The notes: generated from the sequence alone by a model not told the origin. A stretch of DNA of 64,000 nucleotides from Actinomycetota bacterium (GCA_046713235.1 JBKKBZ010000101.1:345-64344), one strand, 5' to 3'; positions 19,692 through 30,172 are shown, counted from the first letter of the stretch. Made by a program: numbers and translations.

Positions 19692-20611
19692 AGAATGTTC
19701 TTCATGATCGAGGCAACGGCCGGCCCGACGACAACTACGAACAGCGCCGGGAAGATGAACAGGAACATCGGAAAGAGGATCTTGACCGGCAGCTTGGCCG
19801 CCTTCTCCCGCGCCCATTGACGCCGCTTCGCCCGCATCTCTCCGGCCTGAATGCGCAGCACCTTGCTCATCGGCATGCCGAGCGCATCGGCCTGGATCAG
19901 CGCGAGAACGAAGTTCGATACCTCCGGAACCTCGGTGCGGCGCTTGAGGTTCTGCAAGGCCTCCCGGCGCGAGAGCCCCAGCTCCATCTCCCGGAGTGTG
20001 CGATTGAGTTCGAACGCCAGCGTGCTCGTGAAGTGCTGCCCGACGACCTCGATGGCACCTTCCAATCCCACACCTGCCTCGACGGAGATGGCCAGCAGGT
20101 CGAGAACGTCCGGCAGGTCCCGCCGGACCTCGGTCTGCCGGGCTTCCTTCTTACGTTCGGACCACGACACCGGCGCGTATGCGCCCAGGAGCCCAAAGAC
20201 TAGAAGTCCGCGCAGGATGCCGGTTGTGCTCCAGCCCATCAGGAGGCCGAGCAACGTCCCTCCGAGAATGCCGGCGGCAATCGTCACGAGCTGAATGACG
20301 ACGAACTCTTCGGGCCGGAAACGATCGGCGAGCCCCGATGTGATCAGGCGCTTGCGCATCTGATCCAGGTAATTGCGCGGAACCAGCGCGGACACACCCC
20401 CCGATAGCCTGCGGCCCACCGGCTTGAACAGGCGCGCGACGATAGGCTCGGCCAGGCGCTCCTGGTACGCGTCCATGGTGGAAGGACTGCCTTCGAGCTC
20501 CGCCAGCACCGCGCCGGCGTCGATCGACGGCTTTCGCAGCGCGAAGACAACGACCAGCCACGCGCCGAGAAGGGCGCTGCCGCCACCGAGGGCGATCACG
20601 GCGTCAGACAT
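19688..20611 (-). CDS. tadC: type II secretion system F-family inner-membrane protein TadC
   Basis: T2SSF-domain sequence with three TM segments. Overlaps tadB. Confidence 0.85.
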   Translation of the reverse strand: MSDAVIALGGGSALLGAWLVVVFALRKPSIDAGAVLAELEGSPSTMDAYQERLAEPIVARLFKPVGRRLSGGVSALVPRNYLDQMRKRLITSGLADRFRPEEFVVIQLVTIAAGILGGTLLGLLMGWSTTGILRGLLVFGLLGAYAPVSWSERKKEARQTEVRRDLPDVLDLLAISVEAGVGLEGAIEVVGQHFTSTLAFELNRTLREMELGLSRREALQNLKRRTEVPEVSNFVLALIQADALGMPMSKVLRIQAGEMRAKRRQWAREKAAKLPVKILFPMFLFIFPALFVVVVGPAVASIMKNIL

Positions 20612-21554
20612 TGACCTTCGCCATCTTTCGGATCACGCCGATTCCGATGAAGATCGAGATCGTCGCCGCGATCAGCGCGATCAGACCTTTGCCGTGAAAC
20701 AGCGGCTTGATGTACTCGGGATTGAGAACCTGCAACGTCAGAAGCATGAAGAACGGCAACCCGCCGAGAATATTGCCCGACAGGCGGCCCTCTGCCGTGA
20801 GAACGCGCACCTCGCGACGTATCTCCTCACGCGACCGCATGAACTCGGCCAGCGTGGAGAGCAGGTCCGCCAGCTTTCCTCCCACGGTCTGCTGAATCCG
20901 GATGGCGTGGACGGCCCAGCCGAGATCGGTGATGTCGACTCGGTCCGACATACGCTGCAGCGCATCGACGAGCGAGTGCCCCAGCCGGGTCTCGGCCAGA
21001 ACGAGGTCGAACTCTTCACTCAGGGGAGCTTCGCTCTCTTCGATCATCATCTCGACCGAGTGCAGGAAGGTGTGCCCGGCCTCAAGAGACGAGGCCACGA
21101 GCGTGAAGGCGTCGGGGAGCTGCGCCTCGAAGGCTCGCCGGCGGCGCTCGACCTTCGCCTTCACAAGCATCCAGGCAAGCCAGGGAAATACTCCGAGCGC
21201 GAGCATTGCGAGGGCCGGCGACCCGGTAAACAGTCCAATGAATCCGGCACCAAGAATCGAGGCCCCGGCAACCAACAGGACGAACTCCCCCGGCCGCATC
21301 GGCACGCGTCCGCGGGCCAGGGTCACACTGATGCGCTCCGTCATCTTGAGCTGCTCGAGGCCGGCATGAACCGCGGCGATTCCCGACTCCAGCAGCACGG
21401 ACCGGGAAAGGTCCTCGGGCGGAAGTCCTTGCTCGCCGAAAGGCAGTTGGAGGACGGAGGCGATCTCCTCGTCCCGCTCGCGTACGCGCAGGAGCGCACC
21501 GACGACCAGCAGGGCCAACCCTCCGCCGACCGCCAGGGCCGCGATCAGCGTCAC
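20604..21554 (-). CDS. tadB: type II secretion system F-family inner-membrane protein TadB
   Basis: T2SSF domain. GTG start overlaps the cpaF stop (GTGA). The long N-terminal extension in the ORF track was judged spurious. Confidence 0.8.
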   Translation of the reverse strand: MTLIAALAVGGGLALLVVGALLRVRERDEEIASVLQLPFGEQGLPPEDLSRSVLLESGIAAVHAGLEQLKMTERISVTLARGRVPMRPGEFVLLVAGASILGAGFIGLFTGSPALAMLALGVFPWLAWMLVKAKVERRRRAFEAQLPDAFTLVASSLEAGHTFLHSVEMMIEESEAPLSEEFDLVLAETRLGHSLVDALQRMSDRVDITDLGWAVHAIRIQQTVGGKLADLLSTLAEFMRSREEIRREVRVLTAEGRLSGNILGGLPFFMLLTLQVLNPEYIKPLFHGKGLIALIAATISIFIGIGVIRKMAKVNV

Positions 21555-23002
21555 GCACGGCTCCCCGGCGTGATCATTCCGGAGCGAAGACTCACCGGCC
21601 TGCCGTTGCGCGGCACGGTCGGCGACTGGAAGAACTTCATTGGGAGGTCGATGCCTTCCGCCTTGAGTTTGTCGAGGAACTTCGGACGAAGCCCCGCCGA
21701 TACCATCTGACCGACCTGACGGCCGTCGGCGGTGACCTGCGGGCGGAACCGGAAGATCTCCTGGAGCAGGATCGTGTCGCCTTCGAGCCCCTGGATCTCG
21801 TGAACCGAGGTCACCTTGCGCGAACCGTCGCTCAACCGCTCGAGCTGGACGATGACGTTGATGGCCGACGCGATCTGCTCCCGGATCGCCCTGACCGGGA
21901 GGTCGTAGCCGGCCATCAACACCATTGTTTCTAGTCGGCTCAGTGCATCTCTCGCCGAGTTTGCATGGACGGTAGTTAAAGATCCTTCGTGACCCGTGTT
22001 CATCGCCTGGAGCATGTCCAGCGCTTCCCCGCCGCGCACCTCGCCCACGACGATGCGATCCGGACGCATGCGCAACGCGTTGCGCACGAGATCGCGAATC
22101 TTCACCTCGCCGGCGCCTTCGGCGTTCGGCGGCCGCGACTCGAGGTTCACCACGTGCGTTTGCTGGAGCTGGAGCTCGGCGGAGTCTTCGATGGTGATGA
22201 TGCGCTCCTTCGCCGGAATGAAGGAAGACAGGACGTTCAGCAGCGTCGTCTTTCCCGTCCCCGTCCCGCCGGACACAAGGATGTTCAGCTTGCCGCGTAC
22301 GCACGCTTCCAGCGCGTGGACGAAGTCGAGGGAGATCGCCCCGAAGTTGACGAGATCCTTGGCGGTGTACGGCGTCTCGGCGAACTTGCGGATCGTCAGC
22401 ACGGATCCGTGAATGGCCAGCGGCGGAAGAATCGCATTTACCCGCGAGCCGTTGGGAAGGCGCGCATCAACCATCGGACTCGACTCGTCTACCCGGCGCC
22501 CGACGGCCGACACGATCTTGTCGATCACCTGACGGTAGTGCTCGTCGGTATCGAACGACGCCATTGTCGGCTCGATGAGCCCGCCGCGCTCGACCCAGAT
22601 CTCCTCGTGCGAGTTGCACATGATCTCCGTGACGGTCGGGTCGGCCAGAAGCTCGTCGAGGGGCCCGTAACCGAGCGTGTCGCTCATTACCTCGGCGACG
22701 AACTTCTGGCGTTCAATCGGGGAGACTCGAACGTCCTCCCTGCGGGTGATGCGATCGAGCGTCGACTTGACTTCCTTCTCCAGCGCTTCGCCGATGAGCG
22801 CCTTTGGGCCCGTCATTTTCGGGGAGAGTTCCGCGAGCACGTGCTCGCGAACCTTCCGCTTCGCCTGCTCCCAGCTCCCTTCGGCTTTCGTTGAGCGCGT
22901 ACCACGGGTTCGCCGCGCGGGTGTTCCCGGCTCTGAGGCGGACGTCTTGTTCTCGGTCTGCTCGGCCGCGGCAAGGGCGGCGAGCTTTTCGGATAGCTTC
23001 AT
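21551..23002 (-). CDS. cpaF: CpaF/TadA type II/IV secretion ATPase
   Basis: Walker A GGTGTGKTT, Asp box, His box and GEVRGGEA. Confidence 0.9.
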   Translation of the reverse strand: MKLSEKLAALAAAEQTENKTSASEPGTPARRTRGTRSTKAEGSWEQAKRKVREHVLAELSPKMTGPKALIGEALEKEVKSTLDRITRREDVRVSPIERQKFVAEVMSDTLGYGPLDELLADPTVTEIMCNSHEEIWVERGGLIEPTMASFDTDEHYRQVIDKIVSAVGRRVDESSPMVDARLPNGSRVNAILPPLAIHGSVLTIRKFAETPYTAKDLVNFGAISLDFVHALEACVRGKLNILVSGGTGTGKTTLLNVLSSFIPAKERIITIEDSAELQLQQTHVVNLESRPPNAEGAGEVKIRDLVRNALRMRPDRIVVGEVRGGEALDMLQAMNTGHEGSLTTVHANSARDALSRLETMVLMAGYDLPVRAIREQIASAINVIVQLERLSDGSRKVTSVHEIQGLEGDTILLQEIFRFRPQVTADGRQVGQMVSAGLRPKFLDKLKAEGIDLPMKFFQSPTVPRNGRPVSLRSGMITPGSRA

Positions 23003-24300
23003 CGGGTGCCTCCGTGCACCGGCTCACCAGGTACAGCGCGCGCCGGCCGCTTGAAGAATCGGGACAGCAGGCCCACCTTGGGCCCGCGCTCGGCCGGCAC
23101 GGTCGAGCGTGCCCCCTCCGGCAGCAGATCGGTCAGCCCGGCCACGAGCCTCTTCGAAACCTCGGACTGCGGATGCGTCGACAGCACGGGCTCACCCATG
23201 TTGATCGACTTGGACACCTCGCGCGCGTACGGCAGAGTCGAGCGGAATCCCTGGGGGAACAGCTTGACGATCTGCTCCACGGAGATCCCCACGTCGCTCT
23301 CGACCTTGTTGAGTACCAGCGAGATGTTGTCCGACGGGATCCGCAGCTTTTCGAGCGTCTGCAGGAAGATGCCCAGGTTGCGAACCGACGGCAGATCGAG
23401 CGTCGCCATGACGTAGAGCTTCTCGGAGACGTCGAAGGCGGCAAGGACCGTCTCGGCGAGGGCGGCCGGCGTGTCGACGATGACGTAGTCGAACCGCGTG
23501 CGCAGAGCTTCGATGATCCGGGTGACCTCGACCGGCGTGATCCGATCGGCCTCCGCGGGATCACGCGGCGTCGCGAGCACCTTGAAGTGATCGCCGTAGG
23601 AGACTAGGTACTCGTCGATGTGGGAGGCGAGGTCCCCGCTCTCATCCTGCTTAAGCACGTCGACGATCGTGTAGGTCGGCTGGAGCCGAAGCGCCGTGCT
23701 GACCTCGCCGAACTGAAGGTCGAGATCGATCAGCGCCACCCTGGCTCCGGCCTGCGACAGCAGGTACGCGGTGTTCGTGGCGTAAAAGGTCTTTCCGCAC
23801 CCGCCCGAGGCAGAGCTGACCGTGACGACCTTGCCGAGGGGGCGGGGCTCTGCCACCTCACCATTGGCCGAGTAGGCAGGCATCTGCGACGGTTCCGGGG
23901 CGGATGAGAGTACTCCTGCTCGCTGCTCCGCCAGCTCGATACACCGGAGAACAGAGCTGCGCAGCGTGAGATCGTCGACCGGCAGCTCTACGAGATCGTC
24001 GGCGCCGACTTGCACGATATCCCGGAGGCTCGCCGTCGGGCGCTTGGCAAAGGCGATGAGGAAGGACGACGCAGGCAACTCCCGGTGCAGCACCGCCAGA
24101 CGACGCAACCCCGCCCGGCTTGCGAGGGACGGCCCCGCGATGAACACCGAGATCGGCCCCTCGTGCTCGTTGATGTGGTTGGCGCCCACCCGCGTGCAGG
24201 CTGAAACCTCGGCGCGGTCTTCGACGATGCGCCGGATCTGCTCCGCCAGCTCGTCGTTGCGGTCCAGTACCAGGATCTTCGGAACATTCATGGCCGCCAC
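22999..24300 (-). CDS. cpaE: CpaE/TadZ pilus-assembly protein (receiver-like N-domain + ParA/MinD-type ATPase)
   Basis: N-terminal receiver-like ILVLD, and VVTVSSASGGCGKTFYATN deviant Walker A. Confidence 0.8.
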   Translation of the reverse strand: MAAMNVPKILVLDRNDELAEQIRRIVEDRAEVSACTRVGANHINEHEGPISVFIAGPSLASRAGLRRLAVLHRELPASSFLIAFAKRPTASLRDIVQVGADDLVELPVDDLTLRSSVLRCIELAEQRAGVLSSAPEPSQMPAYSANGEVAEPRPLGKVVTVSSASGGCGKTFYATNTAYLLSQAGARVALIDLDLQFGEVSTALRLQPTYTIVDVLKQDESGDLASHIDEYLVSYGDHFKVLATPRDPAEADRITPVEVTRIIEALRTRFDYVIVDTPAALAETVLAAFDVSEKLYVMATLDLPSVRNLGIFLQTLEKLRIPSDNISLVLNKVESDVGISVEQIVKLFPQGFRSTLPYAREVSKSINMGEPVLSTHPQSEVSKRLVAGLTDLLPEGARSTVPAERGPKVGLLSRFFKRPARAVPGEPVHGGTR

Positions 24301-24882
24301 CTAAAAAGCGTTCTCGTAGGTGCGACCCGTCGTCGTCCGCGGAGACTGACCCGACGGAACGAGGGTCATCCAAAGAGCCTCGAACTTCCCGAAGAAGATG
24401 AGCTTCTCCGCCTCTTGCTCATCGAGGGCGAGGAGGAAGACACCGCCACCGCTCGTTCCCGGCGTCGGGTACTTCACGTCGAGCACGCGGACGGCCTTGA
24501 GGAAGAGCTTCGACTGCGGCTGGCGGACGTTTGCCGCCGCGGGAGCATTCTTGACCATCGCGTACACGTTCACGAGATCCCCGGCCTTGGCGTAACCGGC
24601 CAGCGCAGGCACGAGCGGCAGCTCCACCGCGACGGCCTGCTTCCCCGTCGGGATCGTGAACGTCGTGGGCTTCTGGCCGGTGCCGGTGGTTCGGACGATC
24701 TGCGTCCCGGCCGGCGTCTGCTGCGCCTGCGGGTTCTGTGCGGCCGGCGCCCCAGCGGACTTCTTGCCTTGCGCTTGTGCATCGCCACCGCCCGACCGGA
24801 GGCCCGCGAAGACGAGCCCGGATCCGAGGACGAAGACGGCGACGCCGAGTACGATCAATTTGGATGAACGCCTCTGATGCAT
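24301..24882 (-). CDS. cpaB: CpaB/RcpC-like Flp pilus assembly protein (SAF domain)
   Basis: N-terminal TM, then a SAF-like region, then a C-terminal RcpC beta-clip. First gene of the tad operon. Confidence 0.7.
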   Translation of the reverse strand: MHQRRSSKLIVLGVAVFVLGSGLVFAGLRSGGGDAQAQGKKSAGAPAAQNPQAQQTPAGTQIVRTTGTGQKPTTFTIPTGKQAVAVELPLVPALAGYAKAGDLVNVYAMVKNAPAAANVRQPQSKLFLKAVRVLDVKYPTPGTSGGGVFLLALDEQEAEKLIFFGKFEALWMTLVPSGQSPRTTTGRTYENAF

Positions 24883-25109
24883 TGTCTCTTACTCCCCAGG
24901 CGAGGGCCGTCGGTGGCGGCGAGGCTGACAATGACTACGTGGTTACCCGTACATCCACTTGAGTCGTACCGAGCACGTAGGGAACGCATAGCCCGTTGGA
25001 GCCATCTTTCGGGGTCCGGATCGACCACTGTGAACCAGTCTGATCGGTTGTCCGGAGATTGGAGATCCGGGACGATCGCCCTTCATTCCACGATGAATCG
25101 GATGCGGGG

Positions 25110-25802
25110 GTGAGCGCGCTCGTCGCCGGCTTCGTCGCGCTGGGGGCTGCGGCGCAGGCCGTCACCGGGATCGGATTCGCCCTCATATGCGGACCGTTTC
25201 TCGTGACGACGCTCGGCGCGCGCGAGGGCGTGCGCATGACGGTCTTTCTGTCGGCGATCGTGAACGCGATGGTGCTCCTGCCCGAGTGGCGCGCTACGCG
25301 GGTTCGCTATGCACTTGCCCTTCTCATTCCGGCTGCGGCCTCCCTACCGCTGTTCGCTCGACTCGTTCGGGGAGCCGATCCGGACGTGCTCGCCGTCGCC
25401 GCCGGTTCGCTGGCAATCGCCGGTGCGGCCGCGCTTGCCGTCGGCGTGCGTTCGGCGCGGTTAGTCGGTCCCGTGGGAGCCGCCGGCGCCGGGGTCGTCA
25501 GCGCGGCGATGAACGTCGTTGCCGGCATCGGCGGGCCGGCCGCGGCCGTCTACGCGGTCAACGCCGGCTGGCCTCCGGCCGTAACCCGTGCGACGCTGCA
25601 GACGTACTTCCTGGCCCTGAACATCGTGACGTTGCTGGCGCTCGGGATGCCCGTGGTGGAATCTGGGCCGTTCCTCGGTCTGGCCGCCGGCTGGGTAGCC
25701 GGCACGCTACTGGCCAAGCGTCTTCCCGACGGCCCGGTGCGCACCACCACGCTCGCGCTTGCGGCGGCGGGCGGGGTGCTGGCGATCGCGCGGGCGATCT
25801 AG
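25110..25802 (+). CDS. TauE/SafE-family (DUF81) anion exporter membrane protein
   Basis: Repeated GxGGG-like TM motifs (AVTGIGFALI, VVAGIGGPAAAV). GTG start chosen. Confidence 0.6.
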   Translation: MSALVAGFVALGAAAQAVTGIGFALICGPFLVTTLGAREGVRMTVFLSAIVNAMVLLPEWRATRVRYALALLIPAAASLPLFARLVRGADPDVLAVAAGSLAIAGAAALAVGVRSARLVGPVGAAGAGVVSAAMNVVAGIGGPAAAVYAVNAGWPPAVTRATLQTYFLALNIVTLLALGMPVVESGPFLGLAAGWVAGTLLAKRLPDGPVRTTTLALAAAGGVLAIARAI

Positions 25803-25872
25803 ACGGCTACCAGTTGATGCCACGCGGCCGCATGAGGCGACCCACGGGGGCGCCCGTTACGATCCGCCCCAC

Positions 25873-27666
25873 ATGAAACCGGCACTAGTCGCCGACCTTG
25901 AGCGCCTCCTCGGCGGGGGCTCCGTGGTGACCGACCCGGTTCTCGCCGCGCCCTACGGTCGGGATTTCGTCATGCAGCGCGGCACCCCCGGTGCGGTCGT
26001 TCGCCCGGCAGAGGCGGCCGACGTCTCCGCGGTACTTACCTTCGCCTCGCGGCACGGCACCCCGGTGGTCCCGCGTGCGGCCGGGAGCAACCTTTGCGGC
26101 GGCTTCGTGCCGACTCCCGAGTCGATCCTGCTCGACATGACCTCCATGGACCGCATCGACGACGTCGATCCCGACGCGCGTCGCGCGATCGTCGAGCCCG
26201 GGGTGATCAACGCGGCGCTGCAAGCCCGGCTAGAGCCGCTCGGCTTGCGCTTCTCCCCGGACCCTGCGTCGTCGGCGATGAGCACCATAGGCGGAAACAT
26301 CATCGAGAACGCCGGCGGGCCCGGGTGCATCAAATACGGCGTGACGTTTCATCACGTCGCCGAGATCGATCTCGCTGTTCCGGGCGGGGAGATCCTGACG
26401 CTGCGCGAGGACGACGCGGTCGACCTTCTAGGCGTAGCCATCGGATCCGAGGGCGTCCTCGGCGTCGTGACCCGCGCGGTGCTGCGCCTTCGTCCCATTC
26501 CCCCCGCGGCATGGACGGCCCTCTGCGCCTACGAGCGGGTGGAACAGGCCGCGGAGACCGTCTCTGCCATCATCGCGGCGCGCATTCAGCCCTCGGCTCT
26601 CGAGCTTTGCGACGATCGCATGATCGAGGTCATCGAAGCGTGGCAACCCTCGGGCTATCCGCTCGACGCCGGGGCGATCCTGTTTGCCGAGCTGGACGGT
26701 TCTCCTGAGGAGGTCGCCGTCGCAGCCGGGATGCTCAAACCACTGCTCCGTCAACACGACCCCGACGTGCGGATCGCCGGAACCCCGGACGAGCGGCGCG
26801 CGATGTGGGCGGGCCGTCTAGGAGCCGGCTTGGCGACCATCGCCACCGGCCGCTCGCAATACGTCTGTGACGTCACCGTGCCTCGGCAGCGCATTCCGGA
26901 GATGACGCTGCGCGCCCGCGAAGTCGCGGCGCGGCATTCGGTAAATCTCGTCGTGGCTGCTCACGCGGGCGACGGCAATCTTCATCCGGTGATCCTCTAC
27001 GAACCGGCACAGGCGGACGCGATGGCGAAGACGGCCGACGAGATCGCGCAAGCCGCCCTCGACCTCGGCGGCACGCTGACCGGTGAGCACGGCATCGGCA
27101 CGGAGAAGGTGCGGCACATGCGCCGGCGGTTTGGTGCCCCCGAGATCGCGGCGTTTCGCGCGATCAAACGCGCGTTCGACCCGCGCGGCGTGATGAATCC
27201 CGGTGTGCTGCTGCCCCCGCCTGCAACCGACGAGCCGGATCTTCCGGCCTTCGCGCGCGGACTTTCGGCAGCGCTCGCAGGACGCAAGCTCGGAACCGGG
27301 GAGGCCCACGGGGACGCACGCGACATTCTTGTAGACGAGGAGAACCTCACCGTGGAGACCGGCGCCGGGGAGCGCTGCGACGAGGTCGTCGCAAGACTCG
27401 GAAGGCTCGCGCTGCGCTGTCCCGCTCTAGAGGACTCTGCGGAAACAGTCGGAGAGCATCTGGCGTCGGCCGGCCATCGCCAGCCGGCGCGCGGGGCACT
27501 CCTGTGCGTGGAGGCCACCCTCGCCGATGGGCCGGCCGTGCGGTTCGGCAGTGCCGCCGTGAAGGACGTGGCTGGTCTCGACGCCAAGCGACTCATCGCG
27601 GGGACCCAGGGCGCCTTCGGCCGCATCGAGCGCGCAATCTTCCGCGTGACACCGCTGCACGGTTAG
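25873..27666 (+). CDS. FAD-linked oxidase (GlcD/D-lactate dehydrogenase-like) with extra C-terminal GlcE-like domain
   Basis: FAD_binding_4 region (PRAAGSNLCGG) and FAD-oxidase C domain. The 597-aa length suggests a fused second FAD-binding-subunit fragment. Confidence 0.8.
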   Translation: MKPALVADLERLLGGGSVVTDPVLAAPYGRDFVMQRGTPGAVVRPAEAADVSAVLTFASRHGTPVVPRAAGSNLCGGFVPTPESILLDMTSMDRIDDVDPDARRAIVEPGVINAALQARLEPLGLRFSPDPASSAMSTIGGNIIENAGGPGCIKYGVTFHHVAEIDLAVPGGEILTLREDDAVDLLGVAIGSEGVLGVVTRAVLRLRPIPPAAWTALCAYERVEQAAETVSAIIAARIQPSALELCDDRMIEVIEAWQPSGYPLDAGAILFAELDGSPEEVAVAAGMLKPLLRQHDPDVRIAGTPDERRAMWAGRLGAGLATIATGRSQYVCDVTVPRQRIPEMTLRAREVAARHSVNLVVAAHAGDGNLHPVILYEPAQADAMAKTADEIAQAALDLGGTLTGEHGIGTEKVRHMRRRFGAPEIAAFRAIKRAFDPRGVMNPGVLLPPPATDEPDLPAFARGLSAALAGRKLGTGEAHGDARDILVDEENLTVETGAGERCDEVVARLGRLALRCPALEDSAETVGEHLASAGHRQPARGALLCVEATLADGPAVRFGSAAVKDVAGLDAKRLIAGTQGAFGRIERAIFRVTPLHG

Positions 27667-27677
27667 GCTCGAGAACC

Positions 27678-28511
27678 ATGCCCGAGCTTCCGGAGATCCG
27701 CGCGCTGGCCGAGCGCCTGGACACAGTCTGCGGCGGCGCGGTATTCGAGCGCGCCGTGCCGATTCAATTCAGCGCGATCAAGACCGTGCAGCCCGGTCCC
27801 GATTCGCTCGCCGGAGCAAGGATCGAGCGCATCACCAGCTATGGCAAGTACCTCGTCTTCGACTTCGGAGGCCCGCGTGTCCTGGTGCATCTTTCGCAGG
27901 GCGGACGCCTCGGCGTGGAAGACCCGTCGAAGACGACGCGCCCGAAACAGGGAGTGGTGCGTTTCGCCTTCGCGGACCGGCCGTCGATCCTGGTCAAGGA
28001 GTTCGGCACCGAACGCAAGGCCGGCTGGTGGGTGCTCGCGCCCGGCGACGACGGACCGCTTGCCGTCCTCGGTCCCGAGCCCTTCGACGCCGCCTTCGCG
28101 AATCTGATCGGCTCGAGCGAGGACCGGAGGCGCATCCACACACTGCTCCGCGACCAGCGGACGGTGGCCGGTATCGGCCGCGGGTACTCCGACGACATCC
28201 TCCACACCGCGCGGCTTTCTCCGTACGCATCGCTCCCTTCATTGGCGCCGGGCGAGCGCGACGTTCTCTTGCGCTCGGTGCGCGGGGTGCTCACCCGTGC
28301 GCTCGAGATCGAGCGGCGCCGCCCCGGCGGTCTGCCGGCCAAGATCGGCGATCACTTCACCGTGCACGGCAAGTACGGCTACCCCTGCCCGCGTTGCGGC
28401 GGCGACCTGCGGAGGGTGTCCTACGAGTCCCACGAGGTGACTTACTGCCCCGCGTGTCAGACCGGCGGCAAGATCCTCGCCGACCGCAGGCTGTCGCGGC
28501 TGGTCAAGTAG
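27678..28511 (+). CDS. formamidopyrimidine-DNA glycosylase / endonuclease VIII family (Fpg/Nei)
   Basis: N-terminal MPELPEI (catalytic Pro2, Glu3), H2TH region and C-terminal zinc finger CPRCGG...CPACQ. Confidence 0.85.
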   Translation: MPELPEIRALAERLDTVCGGAVFERAVPIQFSAIKTVQPGPDSLAGARIERITSYGKYLVFDFGGPRVLVHLSQGGRLGVEDPSKTTRPKQGVVRFAFADRPSILVKEFGTERKAGWWVLAPGDDGPLAVLGPEPFDAAFANLIGSSEDRRRIHTLLRDQRTVAGIGRGYSDDILHTARLSPYASLPSLAPGERDVLLRSVRGVLTRALEIERRRPGGLPAKIGDHFTVHGKYGYPCPRCGGDLRRVSYESHEVTYCPACQTGGKILADRRLSRLVK

Positions 28512-28604
28512 ACAGCGTCGGATCCCGGCCGCACGAGGACCGCACGGCGCGCTCGAACACGCTCGATTGCGCCAGCGCGCTCTTGGGACGAGTTCTGGTC
28601 CTGA

Positions 28605-28808
28605 TCAGTCAAGCGGCCGGCGGCGCAAGCCGATGAGCGCGATCCCCGCGATCACGGCCGCGGCGCCCGACGCGAGAGGAATCGCCAGCAGGTAGGTCTC
28701 ACCTGCGAGCGACACCGGACCGGCGGGATCGCTCGCCATCGCGAGCAGCCCGCCCACGGCAAGAAGAACGATCCCGAGACCGATCAGCACCATCCCGACG
28801 GCACGCAC
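28605..28808 (-). CDS. small two-helix membrane protein
   Basis: 67 aa, two hydrophobic helices, tightly packed before the next gene. Confidence 0.35.
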   Translation of the reverse strand: MRAVGMVLIGLGIVLLAVGGLLAMASDPAGPVSLAGETYLLAIPLASGAAAVIAGIALIGLRRRPLD

Positions 28809-28810
28809 CG

Positions 28811-30067
28811 TCAGACCTGGCGCACGTACCGGATCTCGGTGTCGCTCTCGTTGTCCACCGACCGCGCCCAGGTGAGATGCGCCCGTCCGAGGAAGTCGAG
28901 CGCAAGCGATTGGAAATCACCCAGCTCGCGGTCCTGGTCGCAGGCGAGACCGTCCGTGCAGATAGGACCGGACTTCACCGGCGTCGGGTCGACCGTGACG
29001 AGGCTGCTGAACGTGGCTCCGAAGTCGGTGCTCTCCAGGTAAGCCTCGTACCACTGTGTGCTCTCCGGCACCTTGCTCGGGGCGTTGCTCGTCGTGGTGT
29101 GGAAGAGAGACACGGCGATCTTGCTGCCTTTCGCCGCCACCCACGGGAAGACCGGCGTACCGGAGTTCACGATCGTCCTCGGCACGCTCCACGTCGCGCC
29201 CCAGTTCGTCGACTTGCTCATCTTGACGCGCGACGAATTGTTCAGGACCTCCAACCACACGGCGACGAGCCTGCTTCCGCCGGCCTTAGCCACGATCGGG
29301 AACGACGCCACCGTGTCGACGCCACCCTGACCCGGGCTGACCTCCGTTACTTCGAACGTCAATCCGCCGTTCAGCGACCGCGCGACCTTGACGCCTCCGA
29401 GGGACGTTCCAAAGATGATCGCAACCTTGTCGTTGAGAGCGCTTGTCCCATCGACCACCATGTAGCCCGGCGGGCAGATGCAGCCGGTCTGATCCAACAG
29501 CGTCGCCGCATGGCGCACCGGCTGGTATGTAAGACCGCCGTCGAGCGACCGGGAGAGGATGAGACCGCCCGGCAGCTGGTTCTGGATGAAATACACCCGT
29601 CCCCCGCCCGGCGTGGCGATCCACTGGCGGTCGTGCACGGGCGGGCCGCCGAAGGGATTCACAATCCAGGTCTTCGCCTTGTCCTTGGATTGACCAACCG
29701 TCGAGTCACCGAGCCAGAGGTCGGTCCAGTACAACGTTCCGTCGTTCGGGTCGATTGCCATGTGCGAGTCTCCACCTCCGTGCGCGAGCGCGCGAAGGCT
29801 CACCGGCGTCTGCACGAACGAAGCCCCTCCGTTCGTCGAACGCCAAATGTGACTTGGGCTGGGTATGGGAAGGGAGATTCCCGGAATCGCCGTGATGTAC
29901 ACCTGCGAGCCCGTCGTGACGATGAATGGCTCGCTATCGTCCGTGTCGCTGCTCACCACCTTCGGCGTGCCGAAGGCGGTGATCGCGCCGGCCGGCGAGC
30001 CGGTTGCGGCGACGAACAGAGCGAGCAACATTCCTAATGAGACACTGACGGACCAAAGCCTGCGCAT
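28811..30067 (-). CDS. secreted BNR/Asp-box beta-propeller protein (sialidase-like fold)
   Basis: Signal peptide plus multiple Asp-boxes (STNGGASF, SLDGGLTY, SLNGGLTF, STNWGATW, STDFGATF). Confidence 0.7.
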   Translation of the reverse strand: MRRLWSVSVSLGMLLALFVAATGSPAGAITAFGTPKVVSSDTDDSEPFIVTTGSQVYITAIPGISLPIPSPSHIWRSTNGGASFVQTPVSLRALAHGGGDSHMAIDPNDGTLYWTDLWLGDSTVGQSKDKAKTWIVNPFGGPPVHDRQWIATPGGGRVYFIQNQLPGGLILSRSLDGGLTYQPVRHAATLLDQTGCICPPGYMVVDGTSALNDKVAIIFGTSLGGVKVARSLNGGLTFEVTEVSPGQGGVDTVASFPIVAKAGGSRLVAVWLEVLNNSSRVKMSKSTNWGATWSVPRTIVNSGTPVFPWVAAKGSKIAVSLFHTTTSNAPSKVPESTQWYEAYLESTDFGATFSSLVTVDPTPVKSGPICTDGLACDQDRELGDFQSLALDFLGRAHLTWARSVDNESDTEIRYVRQV

Positions 30068-30172
30068 CGTCGGTTTCCCCCCATCGGTCTTTCAGTGTGT
30101 ATGAACCCGAAACATTATCGCCCGAGCCGGCCCGAGCGTCACCGGGACAAGCCGCCCGAAGCGGCAGAGGTC

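Noticed and set aside
20604-22304. 566-aa ORF fusing TadB with the antisense of cpaF
   Set aside because: Only the C-terminal about 316 aa are T2SSF-like. A GTG start overlapping the cpaF stop (GTGA) gives a canonical TadB, and the rest is GC artefact.
24883-25060. Searched upstream of cpaB for a Flp pilin gene
   Set aside because: The only ATG-initiated frame gives a 20-aa peptide (MAPTGYAFPTCSVRLKWMYG) without the Flp G/EY motif or a hydrophobic segment.
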